DNA of 40,109 nt from Candidatus Anderseniibacteriota bacterium (GCA_040881505.1 JBBEDC010000013.1:1-40109); one strand, 5' to 3'; shown: positions 1 to 8,825, counted from the first letter of the stretch. Notes: a model not told the origin generated them from the sequence alone. Numbers and translations are program-made.

Positions 1-317
1 CCAGCAACATCGAGACTACTGAGTGGAATGGTAAGTGCCGTAGATACGTTGTTGTGGTATTCCTGCCAAGTCTGGCTGATGACCTTGCGCCACTTTTCTC
101 GAAGCGTTTCGGATCCAACAGTAATATGCCGGGTTATAACTCGGCAGGCGGTTTCCGGATCAGGCGCCTCGCAGATAATGCTGGATAGTTCAGCTGGGTC
201 AACCTCTTCAGCAAACCCACTCAGCACCCACAGCGCCTTAAGGTTATCGTGCTGACCCTGAACCGCAGGAGCGTTCTGGGAACGAGAGGGACGAGATCCA
301 GAGGGCTGTAGTGACAT
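1..317 (-). CDS. hypothetical protein, 5' part only (runs off left edge)
   Basis: Minus-strand frame is open from ATG (A at 317) to the window edge, 105 codons with no stop (MSLQPSGSRPSRSQNAPAVQGQHDNLKALWVLSGFAEEVDP...). It is missing from the supplied track because it is edge-truncated. It starts 27 nt downstream of the clp gene stop. No domain recognised. GC looks higher than the backbone. Confidence 0.35.
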   Translation of the reverse strand, partial: MSLQPSGSRPSRSQNAPAVQGQHDNLKALWVLSGFAEEVDPAELSSIICEAPDPETACRVITRHITVGSETLREKWRKVISQTWQEYHNNVSTALTIPLSSLDVA

Positions 318-344
318 ACTAAGATTTATCCTACCTAAAAGCCC

Positions 345-3068
345 CTAGGCCGTCACTGCCTTTTTTGCACCTTTTTTAGAAGAGCTTGATACACCCTGTA
401 CTTCAAGGGCAATATCATCACCCCTCAACACCGCTGTAATATGGTCTCCTCTGTTAAATTCTCCGCTTAGAAGCGCTGTAGCCAGCTTATTCTCCAATCG
501 TTGTTGAATCTCACGCCGAAGCGGTCGCGCGCCGAACTGGGGATCAAACCCATCTTGAGCTAAACGATTGCGGACCTCTTCGGTAATTTCTAATTCCAGC
601 CCTTGAGCTCGGACTAGGCGCTTTACGTCTTCAAGCAAGTATTCGGCAATCTGCTGTACATGTACCTTCTCAAGAGGATGGAAGATAATAGTATCATCCA
701 CTCGATTAAGGAATTCTGGTCGAAATACCTCTTTTAACTTGTCCATGAGCAGGGCTTTCAGATCCTCCCAGGCTTTTGGATCCACTTGGGCTTTGCCGGC
801 CGCAGACTGGATCATTGTGCTGCCCACATTGCTCGTCATAATTATGAGAGCGTTGCGAAAATCGACTGTACGGCCCTTTCCATCGGTAAGGCGGCCGTCC
901 TCAAGCACTTGAAGGAGAATGTTAAAGATATCTGGATGAGCCTTTTCTATCTCGTCCAGCAGGATAACGGAATATGGCCTGCGGCGAACCTGCTCGGTCA
1001 ACTGCCCTCCTTCCTCATGACCAACATACCCCGGAGGAGAACCAATCATGCGAGAAACAGCATGCTTTTCCATATATTCGGACATATCCAAGCGAATCAT
1101 ACTGTCGTCGCTTCCGAACAAGACTTCTGCTAGAGCCTTGGTAAGCTCGGTCTTACCTACCCCTGTAGGCCCTAAGAACAAAAACGAACCTTGGGGGCGC
1201 TTGGGGTCTTTGAGGCCGGCTCTGGTACGGCGGATAGCCTCGCTCACAGCTTTAACGGCCTCCTCTTGGGCAATAACCCGCTTATGAAGCTCATCTTCCA
1301 GTGACAGGAGCTTCTCTTTCTCCGTCTGTGTCAGCTTTTCGACCGGAATACCCGTCCAAGAGGAGATAATCGTTTCCACATCGGCTGCACGTACTTCTGT
1401 TTGGGTGGTACCGGCCTTTTTCTTCCAATCCTCCTCAAGTTTCGCGATTTCCTTTTCCAGTGCTCCAACCTGCTCTTTAAGCTGTTTTCCATTATCGCTC
1501 CTGGCTCGTTGCGCTGAAGCTAACTCGCGCTTGGTCGTTTTAAGTTCCTGCTTCTTTTGCACAAGATTCTCAGGTTCCTCCATAGTCTGCAGTCGCACCT
1601 TAGCGGCTGCCTCATCCATTAAATCAATCGCCTTATCCGGAAGAAACCGGTCTCGCAGGTATTTATTAGATAACGTTACGGCCGCCACAATTGCCTCGTC
1701 TGCAATAGTTACTTTGTGATGAGCCTCATATCGGTCCTTCAGCCCCCGCAGAATTTCAATTGCATCTTCAGGTGCTGGTTCCTCCACGAGTACGGGCTGA
1801 AATCGACGCTCTAGTGCACCGTCTTTCTCGATATGTTTCTTATATTCATTCAGCGTAGTTGCTCCGATCATCTGCAGCTCCCCACGAGCCAACGCTGGCT
1901 TTAAAATATTGGCTGCATCCATTGTTCCGCCCTCGCCGCTAGCTCCGGCACCCATCACTGTGTGGAGTTCATCTATGAACACTATTACTGAACGGTCAGC
2001 TTTTTGGATCTCTTCAACTACCTTCTTGATGCGCTCCTCAAACTCTCCTCGATACTTCGTTCCTGCCACCATTGCCGGCAAATCAAGAGATAAGACCCGC
2101 TTATTCTTGAGCGTATCGGGTATATTGTCGTTAATAATGCGGGTAGCAAGCCCTTCGACGATTGCTGTTTTTCCTGTACCAGGTTCGCCAATGAGGACTG
2201 GGTTATTCTTGGTTCTTCGAGACAGTATCTGAACAACTCTCTGGACCTCATCACTGCGACCAATAACGGGATCAAGTTTTCCCTCGCGGGCAAGTTGCGT
2301 TAAATCCCGACTATACTCATCCAGTGTTGGAGTTTTGCTCTTAGCCTCCGCCTTGCCTGTCTTCTTTCCTTTTTCGCCTACGGCAGATAAGACTGCTTGT
2401 CGAAGTTTTGTTTCTGTAATTCCATATTTTTTCAGGGTTTGTGCAGCTAGCCCATCTCCTTCGGCGAGTAGTCCTAGAAGAATGTGCTCACTTCCCACAT
2501 AGTCGTGCTCGAGATTACGAGCTGCATGCCAAGCAAGCTCTAGGGCTTGTTTAGCTCGAGGAGATAAATCAGGCATCACTCCTTCTGTATATTTCTTTAT
2601 CTCCTTCTGCATGTTTTCCGTAAGGTACCCAACTAGCTCGTCTGCATCGATATCTAGATTCTCAAGAATCTTGCGGCCCACTTCCGCTTCACTGGCTATG
2701 CCAATAAGAAGGTGTTCGGTATCAAGAGCAGGTGAGCCCTTCTCCTGGGCAACCCCTGCTGCTTTCTGAACTACCCCTTTTGCTCTGTCAGAGAAAGCAT
2801 CAAGGATGTTCACTGACTCTGTTTGAGGTTGAAGCGGAGCCTCTGGAGAAAATCCAGCATGTTCGTGCTTACCCTGTCCGAAAAAAGGATCATTAAAAAA
2901 GCTGCCAAAGCCGGGAAATCTGGCAAAGGGCTTGCGAGACCTGGCAGATGCCGTAATACCCAATTCTTCTGCGCAAGCATGGCATAAGCCCGTCTGCTGT
3001 TGCTGTCCATTTACCGTATGCCGGACTTGAATAGCGGCTGGCCGGCTTTTACATCGCTCACAAAGCAT
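345..3068 (-). CDS. Clp/Hsp100 AAA+ chaperone ATPase (ClpC/ClpB type) with N-terminal zinc ribbon
   Basis: 907 aa. Two P-loops (GEPGTGKT, GPTGVGKT), two Clp_N repeats (ALDTEHLLIGI, YVGSEHILLGLL), a short coiled-coil middle domain, and FRPEFLNR near the C-terminus. The extra N-terminal CERC...CHAC motif looks like a 4-Cys ribbon. No (I/L/V)GF ClpP-docking tripeptide is seen after TSNVGS. Confidence 0.9.
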   Translation of the reverse strand: MLCERCKSRPAAIQVRHTVNGQQQQTGLCHACAEELGITASARSRKPFARFPGFGSFFNDPFFGQGKHEHAGFSPEAPLQPQTESVNILDAFSDRAKGVVQKAAGVAQEKGSPALDTEHLLIGIASEAEVGRKILENLDIDADELVGYLTENMQKEIKKYTEGVMPDLSPRAKQALELAWHAARNLEHDYVGSEHILLGLLAEGDGLAAQTLKKYGITETKLRQAVLSAVGEKGKKTGKAEAKSKTPTLDEYSRDLTQLAREGKLDPVIGRSDEVQRVVQILSRRTKNNPVLIGEPGTGKTAIVEGLATRIINDNIPDTLKNKRVLSLDLPAMVAGTKYRGEFEERIKKVVEEIQKADRSVIVFIDELHTVMGAGASGEGGTMDAANILKPALARGELQMIGATTLNEYKKHIEKDGALERRFQPVLVEEPAPEDAIEILRGLKDRYEAHHKVTIADEAIVAAVTLSNKYLRDRFLPDKAIDLMDEAAAKVRLQTMEEPENLVQKKQELKTTKRELASAQRARSDNGKQLKEQVGALEKEIAKLEEDWKKKAGTTQTEVRAADVETIISSWTGIPVEKLTQTEKEKLLSLEDELHKRVIAQEEAVKAVSEAIRRTRAGLKDPKRPQGSFLFLGPTGVGKTELTKALAEVLFGSDDSMIRLDMSEYMEKHAVSRMIGSPPGYVGHEEGGQLTEQVRRRPYSVILLDEIEKAHPDIFNILLQVLEDGRLTDGKGRTVDFRNALIIMTSNVGSTMIQSAAGKAQVDPKAWEDLKALLMDKLKEVFRPEFLNRVDDTIIFHPLEKVHVQQIAEYLLEDVKRLVRAQGLELEITEEVRNRLAQDGFDPQFGARPLRREIQQRLENKLATALLSGEFNRGDHITAVLRGDDIALEVQGVSSSSKKGAKKAVTA

Positions 3069-3180
3069 AATACGAAAATATCATTAGATCTCTTTAGTAA
3101 TATATACAACATACCAAAAGTACCTGGTATAGCCGATACTATTCCAACATCACTTTTCTCTGTCAATGACGGCTCTAAGT

Positions 3181-3220
3181 AAAAAAAACGGCCCCGAGTA
3201 TCTTGCGACACTTCGGGGCG
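3181..3220 (-). terminator. rho-independent terminator of the GC-rich minus-strand operon
   Basis: Read on the minus strand: CGCCCCGAAG-loop-CTCGGGGCCG hairpin immediately followed by T8 (A8 at 3181-3188 on plus). It lies just downstream of the ORF ending at 3239. Confidence 0.6.
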
Positions 3221-3238
3221 TGTAGTGAACAAATGATT

Positions 3239-3553
3239 CTACGGGCACGGCTGCACGTAAAACACGGACGAGCCAGCGGGCGTAGGGCATGGACCCCACA
3301 GCCTCACCGGGCAATTCAGGTACGGTACGAATTCCTGGCGTACCTGAATCTGATTGTTAACAACAACCTGGGGCGGCGGAAGCTCAACAACGACGCTGAC
3401 CTCCAACCCCTGGTCCCTGTACACCTGTTCGAGTGTGGCAGCCCATTCGCTCATCTTGACCGAAAGCTGGTCACTGATACGCCCAGGAAGCGTATCAACC
3501 GACTGCTGAATGTCATGGAAAGACTCCGTCACGGAAAGGCGCAATCCTTGCAT
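3239..3553 (-). CDS. hypothetical protein (GC-rich cassette 1, gene 4)
   Basis: 104-aa ORF, last in a co-oriented GC-rich four-gene run. It overlaps the upstream lipoprotein gene by 25 nt. The competing plus-strand ORF 3203..3613 is Arg-rich in the way antisense frames usually are. No domain recognised; Cys/Pro-rich C-terminus. Confidence 0.45.
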   Translation of the reverse strand: MQGLRLSVTESFHDIQQSVDTLPGRISDQLSVKMSEWAATLEQVYRDQGLEVSVVVELPPPQVVVNNQIQVRQEFVPYLNCPVRLWGPCPTPAGSSVFYVQPCP

Positions 3554-4239
3554 TCCCGACGGGTCGCTTGCTCCTCCTCCAGAAGATGCTTGTTCTCCTT
3601 GAGGTACTTGTAGTGGAATCGGGTGCTGATTTCCGATTGCCGCTGCAGTCGCTCTTCCATCTCTTTCTGATCTTGGCGCAGGCGCCTCACGTCTTTCATG
3701 AGGCCACCGAACCCAAGTCGTTCCCGCTCCGCTTCATCGTACTCCTTGATGGCTCGTGAGCGAGCAGTCCGAGCTTGAAATAAGGACGCTTCGTCCTCAA
3801 TCTCCAACCTTCTCCGCTGATCCGGAGTTTGGGGTGACACCAAGCTTGGATTAGCCGCTCCCGTCCTTGTGGGTTGCTGCGGAGCTGCGGCCCCCAAGTT
3901 GACTGGCTCAGGCGGAGGGGGCGGACCGTTGTCGACAGGCTGGGCAGCAGCTCGTCGATCATCAAGCCGCTGCAGAAAAGCCTCTTGCTTTGCGACTACG
4001 TCAGCCGGGACTGAGGACACCTTGGTTTCGATGCCGCCCAGGGTGACCTTCATCCCACCAAGGAGCTCAACCGTTTCACTGGACTTTGCCAACAGCTCGT
4101 TGGCAACCAGCTTTTCGTGCTCAGTCGGCTCCTGGAGCCGCCTGATGGTCTCTTCGCCCAGCTCTGTGGGCTTTCGACCACACCCTGAAAGGGTGTAAGT
4201 ACTGGTCACGATGACGATCAACAATGTCAGCCGCTTCAT
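3529..4239 (-). CDS. putative lipoprotein with Pro-rich linker and coiled-coil C-terminal half (GC-rich cassette 1, gene 3)
   Basis: N-terminus MKRLTLLIVIVTSTYTLSGC is a signal peptide plus lipobox (LSGC). Strong SD AAGGAGG lies 5 nt upstream of the ATG. PPPPPEP linker. C-terminus is charged and heptad-like (EAERERLGF...RLRQDQKEMEERLQRQ). Confidence 0.65.
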   Translation of the reverse strand: MKRLTLLIVIVTSTYTLSGCGRKPTELGEETIRRLQEPTEHEKLVANELLAKSSETVELLGGMKVTLGGIETKVSSVPADVVAKQEAFLQRLDDRRAAAQPVDNGPPPPPEPVNLGAAAPQQPTRTGAANPSLVSPQTPDQRRRLEIEDEASLFQARTARSRAIKEYDEAERERLGFGGLMKDVRRLRQDQKEMEERLQRQSEISTRFHYKYLKENKHLLEEEQATRRECKDCAFP

Positions 4240-4284
4240 CGCCGCCTCCTTTTTTGTTGTAGGGAGTCCTCCCGTCTGGTCGGG

Positions 4285-4878
4285 TTATTTCTTCTCCTGC
4301 GTCAGCTTTTGCAGCGCAGGGTACCCTTCATAGGGATCCTTCTCAGCAGTATCGGCCTGAGCTGCAGCGGTACCCTGTTCCGGCTGATTCTTCTCCTGAT
4401 AGTACAAGAACCCAGGAACAGCAATTGCTGCGACCACAACAACTGCAGCCAGCACGATAGCTACCCACTTCCACTTTGAAGATGGCGGGGAAGCCGTGCC
4501 GGCACTTGCCGCTGGAGCGGCCGCTGAAGGTTGCGACGTTGGCGTGTTGGCCAACTGCGAGCGAAGTTCACGCAGGTCTTGCTGGTCCTTCACCAACTTC
4601 TTGACCTCCGCGGCGGTGACCTTCATGCCTTTCGGCATCGCATCATCGGCCTCCGAGAGACGGTCGAGATCGACTTTGAGCGCCTCGACCCTTCCCTTGA
4701 TCTGCTGCTTCTCATCATCACTCGCAGCAGATCCATCGACGAGCTGCTTGATCTCCGCGATCATGAAATCACTCCTCGTGTAAAGGTAGGTTAAGAGGGT
4801 CATCCGGTCCATTGCCATTGTCGTCACCTGAGTGAGAACGACAATGGCCCGTTCAAGTCTGCCATTGCCGTTTTCCAC
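4285..4878 (-). CDS. tail-anchored coiled-coil membrane protein (GC-rich cassette 1, gene 2)
   Basis: 197-aa ORF with a charged helical region (EIKQLVDG...KGRVEALKVDLDRL...DLRELRSQL), an Ala/Pro/Ser linker, and a single TM helix WVAIVLAAVVVVAAIAVPGFLYY near the C-terminus. Start is ambiguous: GTG at 4878 (GGAG 7 nt upstream) or the internal ATG for MIAEIK (AGGAG 7 nt upstream). Confidence 0.6.
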   Translation of the reverse strand: MENGNGRLERAIVVLTQVTTMAMDRMTLLTYLYTRSDFMIAEIKQLVDGSAASDDEKQQIKGRVEALKVDLDRLSEADDAMPKGMKVTAAEVKKLVKDQQDLRELRSQLANTPTSQPSAAAPAASAGTASPPSSKWKWVAIVLAAVVVVAAIAVPGFLYYQEKNQPEQGTAAAQADTAEKDPYEGYPALQKLTQEKK

Positions 4879-4899
4879 GATTTTTCTCCAAGGCAGTGA

Positions 4900-5148
4900 C
4901 TACTCAGCAAGACGATCTTGGAGCTTCTGCAGCTTTTCGCTGATCCGATTCGCGCTCTCCTCCAGCATGCTGGAGAGATTGTCCTCCCGCTCCTGAAGCT
5001 CGGCCAACGCACGAGCATTTTGCTCGGCCAACGCACGAGCATTTTGCTCACTCTGAATCAAGCGATCAATACCAGCAGTGAGAGCGTCAAATCCTGCCTC
5101 CGCGGCAGTTACCCTCTCCACGGCTTTCGCCAGACGGTCTTCGGCCAT
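4900..5148 (-). CDS. small coiled-coil protein (GC-rich cassette 1, gene 1)
   Basis: 82 aa, entirely helical/charged, no TM. GAGGAG lies upstream of the ATG. Contains an exact in-frame 8-aa duplication, EQNARALA x2. Confidence 0.55.
   Translation of the reverse strand: MAEDRLAKAVERVTAAEAGFDALTAGIDRLIQSEQNARALAEQNARALAELQEREDNLSSMLEESANRISEKLQKLQDRLAE
4998..5049. repeat. perfect 24-bp tandem duplication (2.1 copies) inside the 82-aa ORF
   Basis: cggccaacgcacgagcattttgct occurs at 5001-5024 and again at 5025-5048, with matching flanking bases. It is in frame and gives EQNARALAEQNARALA. Confidence 0.95.
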
Positions 5149-5303
5149 CTTCTCTCATCTCCTCTGTCTCTGTGATTGTAAAACGTACCTTCCTAGCAAT
5201 TCACATACATCCCTGCAACGAACTTTCCAGTAATGCATACTTTATTGAACTTGTCAATATATGCATTCCGTGTTATGGTCCCGAGTTATTTCACGCCTCA
5301 ACT

Positions 5304-6383
5304 ATGCATATTTTCTTTATCGGACAACAGGGAATCCCAGCTCAAGATGCCTCTGACGCCACTGAAAGGCGGGTTGAGGCGATAGCGTCGTATCTGGGCC
5401 AGAAAGGCTATTCTGTAACCATAGCGTGCAAACACAGCTACGCGCCTACTACCGTACGCTTTGTGGGAACGGCTCGTCTGTATCGGCCCTTACGGCTTGT
5501 GCCAGATTTCGTGGGCATATTATGGCATGTTTGGCGCGAGCGACCTGATGTGGTGCACATACAAGATTGGAAAATGGCATGGATTGTGCGCTTAGCAGCG
5601 CTATTAAGCCCTGAGAGCACCTACGTATGGACAATCGGCAAACGTCCCCCACGTTGGCGGATGGCTCGCATTGCTGCCTGGCAGGCTCGCAGTGCTTTTG
5701 ATGCCATTACTGTCCCTGAGCGACATTTACAGTATCTCCTGTTAGTGAGGCTGGGCCTCCGAACTACATACATACCCGATGGGTACACACCCCCTCATAT
5801 CCCCCGTATCCCAGCATCCCATTGGAAACTGCGTAAGAACCAATATGTATTTACTACAGCCTCTACCTTCCAGGACGTTGAATGGGTCGCTCAAGCGCAC
5901 AAAGCAACGGGTAGCCGTAAAAGGCTTGTCGTACCAGGAGAAGTAACAGAATTTAAGCGCCTCAAGCGCAAATACCCCTTTCTTATCAATATCCCCCTCC
6001 CTGGAAAACGTGCCATTCTATCGCTTATCCAGCAGGCAGGAGTTGTTATCGCGCTTGATGCTGATGAGTGGCTACTGCCAGCAATGGATGCAGGGCGCCC
6101 AATTATCGCAGTTGGAAACCCAGCTATAGAAGAGATTATAGGAACAACGGGACAAATTGTGGCCCCAGATGACGAAGAAAGCCTCTCTACTGCCTTGCGA
6201 AAAGCTCTTAAGGGCCCTAAGAGCCTGGCGCTAATGACTAAGAAATCAGCAACTCGCGCTCAAGCACATTTCCGGTGGCAGCGAGTGTTTGAAGAGTATT
6301 CAGCGCTCTATCACTACCCAGCAATACAGCGCATTCCCCTAGATTCTGCTTTCCCGCGCCAGCGCGCGGTAATATCGGCCTAA
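5304..6383 (+). CDS. GT4/GT1-type glycosyltransferase
   Basis: N-terminus MHIFFIGQQGIP...KGYSVTI is typical of GT-B family 4. The C-terminal PAMDAGRPIIAVGNPAIEEIIG..G.IV resembles the EAMA.G.PVIA...E motif. I prefer the ATG at 5304 over the 44-codon upstream extension in the track. GC is intermediate and patchy. Confidence 0.75.
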   Translation: MHIFFIGQQGIPAQDASDATERRVEAIASYLGQKGYSVTIACKHSYAPTTVRFVGTARLYRPLRLVPDFVGILWHVWRERPDVVHIQDWKMAWIVRLAALLSPESTYVWTIGKRPPRWRMARIAAWQARSAFDAITVPERHLQYLLLVRLGLRTTYIPDGYTPPHIPRIPASHWKLRKNQYVFTTASTFQDVEWVAQAHKATGSRKRLVVPGEVTEFKRLKRKYPFLINIPLPGKRAILSLIQQAGVVIALDADEWLLPAMDAGRPIIAVGNPAIEEIIGTTGQIVAPDDEESLSTALRKALKGPKSLALMTKKSATRAQAHFRWQRVFEEYSALYHYPAIQRIPLDSAFPRQRAVISA

Positions 6384-6443
6384 AACGTGCAAAATATGGG
6401 TATTTAGGTATCATAAGGAGATTCAGTAAATTACTGTATAGAA

Positions 6444-6526
6444 GCGGATGTGGCGGAATTGGTATACGCGCATGGCTTAGGACCATGTGGGCATGTCCCG
6501 TGGAGGTTCGAGTCCTCTCATCCGCA
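6444..6526 (+). tRNA. tRNA-Leu(TAG), class II with long variable arm
   Basis: Hand fold: acceptor GCGGATG/CATCCGC, anticodon stem CATGG/CCATG, loop CTTAGGA (anticodon TAG), long variable arm, T-arm GGAGG-TTCGAGT-CCTCT, discriminator A. Confidence 0.9.
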
Positions 6527-6633
6527 CCTTGACATATACAAATAAATAGTGTACATAGATAGGACACTGTTCGGCTGACTTCTGACAAGGGCCGGGTGGT
6601 CCTTTTGACAAATCACAAACACCGAAGAAGGAG

Positions 6634-7656
6634 ATGGTTGTGGAATACTTCCTCATCAACGCGTTGGCCGTGTTTGTGCTGGTGACTATCTATGTTGCCG
6701 CCACGTCGGTATGGATCGTTCCTGCCGACAAGTACCTGGTCTCATTCTTCCTGCGGGACTACTCAAAAGTGTACGCCCCCCAGGACTACCTGAAGCAACA
6801 GCCAAGGATGGACTGGAAAGGCGCTACCTCAGGGTGGTTCGGTTCGAATGTTGTGATTCTGCTGTACCCATTGTGGGAAGGAATTTATTTTCCCACCACG
6901 ACAATCGTACTGCAGTACCACGCAGCAAGAATCTACACCAAGGATGGTGTGCCGATTTTCGTGAGCTGCACGCTCATCATTCAGCTTGACCCCAAGCTGG
7001 ATAACTTTGTGCGCGTCTTCAATGTCTTTGGAAAGGGTTACGATCTCGCTCGGGAGGAACGGATTTCTTACCGAATCGATCGGGACCAAGAGACCGGAGA
7101 GATCAAGGAGGCTAAATACGACAAGCCAACCCCCTGCATCGCTGGAACGATGCTCGCCTCTACTCAAGATCTTCTCCTGGAGACAATCCGAAGAACCGCC
7201 TCAACAATGACGTGGAAAGATATTTCCGGCAACATTCCCAAGTTTGAGCATAGGATTCGATACGCTCTTGCGGATCCAAATTCTGCATTTGCAAGAGCCG
7301 AAATTCTCGTTCGACAGCCAGGGGATGATGAGAACGCCTATGAAGGGCCTGCCGCACAACGGAACGGAGTGGACATCACGATCCCCGATGTTACTCCCAT
7401 GGATAAGGACTTTCTCAATTCCCTGGCCATCCCAGAAATCGAAAAGAGAAAGGGGGAGGGGGAGGCTAATCGAATCAACGCCATTCGGGAGCAAGTGGTA
7501 AAGCCAGGTGGCCGAGAAGTGTTTCGCAACGAAACGCTGCGAGCAATCGACAGTGTTGACATCTTTGCGACCAACGAGTCAGCAAACGCCATCATCGGGA
7601 GGCTCCTGCAGGGATCAAAGGACAAGAAGACCAAAAAGAAAGGAGAGAAAGAATGA
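6634..7656 (+). CDS. membrane-anchored SPFH/band-7-like protein (GC-rich cassette 2, gene 1)
   Basis: N-terminal TM helix, followed by VWIVPADKYLVSFF ... YPLWEGIYFPTTTIVLQYHAARIYTKDGVPIFVSCTLIIQLDP. This resembles the SPFH core pattern (IV.....V..FG ... P....v.....T.DG..v.vd..v.y.i.dP). C-terminus is charged and helical. The start may instead be the GTG at 6640, given the AAGGAG spacing. The family call is by eye only. Confidence 0.55.
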   Translation: MVVEYFLINALAVFVLVTIYVAATSVWIVPADKYLVSFFLRDYSKVYAPQDYLKQQPRMDWKGATSGWFGSNVVILLYPLWEGIYFPTTTIVLQYHAARIYTKDGVPIFVSCTLIIQLDPKLDNFVRVFNVFGKGYDLAREERISYRIDRDQETGEIKEAKYDKPTPCIAGTMLASTQDLLLETIRRTASTMTWKDISGNIPKFEHRIRYALADPNSAFARAEILVRQPGDDENAYEGPAAQRNGVDITIPDVTPMDKDFLNSLAIPEIEKRKGEGEANRINAIREQVVKPGGREVFRNETLRAIDSVDIFATNESANAIIGRLLQGSKDKKTKKKGEKE

Positions 7657-8801
7657 TCAGCCCTGGCGTTTTGATTCTTGCCGGCCTTGTGGCGACGGGA
7701 ATCGCAGTCTACTGCTACCGGACAAGATCCGTCAGTAGTGCTGACACAGTTCCGCCCTCTGGAGGGACTACGCCCACCGCTGGAGCAGAGAGAGCACCCA
7801 ACACAAAGGATGTGTGGAAACACGCCGTCAAGACACCCGTCTACATCGCTCTTGGAGCCATCTGGCTGCTGGGGGTGTCGATGGCGATAGGGTTTCTCTG
7901 GTACGTGGTCCTGCTCATCGGATGGATGTGGGGGCCACCCTCTCCGGAAACCAAGCCTCCAGTTGTCAGGGTGGCAGCTGCAGACCAAGATAGAGCTGCA
8001 CCAACGGTACAGCCTCCTCAGTTCTCACCCGAGAATGCCGCACGAATAACGCGGATCATGGGGGAGGCGACACCAGGAGTCATTCCAGTTCAAGAGATTC
8101 CAACCGAGATCTCTTTTGCGTACTGGGTGAACGGCAAGGAATGGGGGGCCAACCAGGGAACGGAGGCAAACCTGAAAGGGTTCGATCCAGAAAATAAGTG
8201 GGTTAAGATGGAAATTGACGACTACTCCCCTAGCTACTTCCTCCGGATCAATGATCGGCAAGTACGGGCTTCTTACCCCGAAAGGCTTCAATTCACTGCG
8301 CAGGAGGTTGCTAGCTGGAGCACAATCACCATCGCCTTTCAGGCAACGGGTAATGTTGGACGTGACCCCTTTCGTATCACACTCGAATATGGAGACAACA
8401 GCCTCACATCAACGAGAGTTCGGTTCGCCAACCAGGCAACCACAACTCCTAGCCAGGCAGGCGAAGCGAGCTATGGACTCCTTCCAGATCCGGCTGGTCT
8501 CCGAACCACGCTCTGGGTGGACATCAAGCACCCCGCAACGGATGTAGTGCCACAGGAGAAGCGCCTGTCCCTGTTTGAGAATCAGGAACTTGCCCTTCAG
8601 CACCCTGTGACACTGCAACTACACGGGGACAACGGTGTGGTGGTTAAGAAGCGACTCTACACGGCAGAAACAATGATCTCGCCGGCAGAACTCGCTTCTA
8701 GCACACTGGCCGGGTCTACGGCCATCGAAGTAGTCGTAGATATCCCCGCGCTACCGCAGGGAGCACGCGTCGAAGTCGTTCGCCTCGTGCAGCCAAAGTA
8801 G
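7653..8801 (+). CDS. multi-TM protein with large beta-rich C-terminal domain, unknown function (GC-rich cassette 2, gene 2)
   Basis: ATGA start/stop overlap with the upstream gene. TM helices near aa 4-21 and 61-93, a Pro-rich linker, then ~270 aa with no recognisable motif. Followed directly by a terminator. Confidence 0.7.
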   Translation: MISPGVLILAGLVATGIAVYCYRTRSVSSADTVPPSGGTTPTAGAERAPNTKDVWKHAVKTPVYIALGAIWLLGVSMAIGFLWYVVLLIGWMWGPPSPETKPPVVRVAAADQDRAAPTVQPPQFSPENAARITRIMGEATPGVIPVQEIPTEISFAYWVNGKEWGANQGTEANLKGFDPENKWVKMEIDDYSPSYFLRINDRQVRASYPERLQFTAQEVASWSTITIAFQATGNVGRDPFRITLEYGDNSLTSTRVRFANQATTTPSQAGEASYGLLPDPAGLRTTLWVDIKHPATDVVPQEKRLSLFENQELALQHPVTLQLHGDNGVVVKKRLYTAETMISPAELASSTLAGSTAIEVVVDIPALPQGARVEVVRLVQPK

Positions 8802-8825
8802 CGTTCTGATCTTTTCACCAACCAA

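Noticed and set aside
786-2293. Multiple 80-115-aa ORFs on both strands inside the clp ATPase gene (similar ones lie inside gyrA, the ATPase, hppA and tig)
   Set aside because: They are nested within or antisense to long genes with unambiguous motifs, and none has an independent signal.
3069-3180. Heat-shock operator (CtsR box or CIRCE) or promoter upstream of the clp ATPase gene
   Set aside because: There is no GGTCAAA direct repeat and no TTAGCACTC-N9-GAGTGCTAA. The only TTGACA...TAGTAT pair has a 19-nt spacer, which is too weak to call.
3203-3613. 136-aa plus-strand ORF in GC-rich cassette 1
   Set aside because: The translation is Arg/Ser-rich and low-complexity, typical of an antisense frame in GC-rich DNA. 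The neighbours, SDs and terminator all support the minus strand.
5172-5303. N-terminal extensions proposed by the ORF track (glycosyltransferase; also ATPase 19941..20039, clpP 28634..28681, TrmB 32446..32487)
   Set aside because: The extensions start at non-ATG codons or overlap upstream genes or terminators, and they precede canonical family N-termini. I preferred the internal ATG starts.
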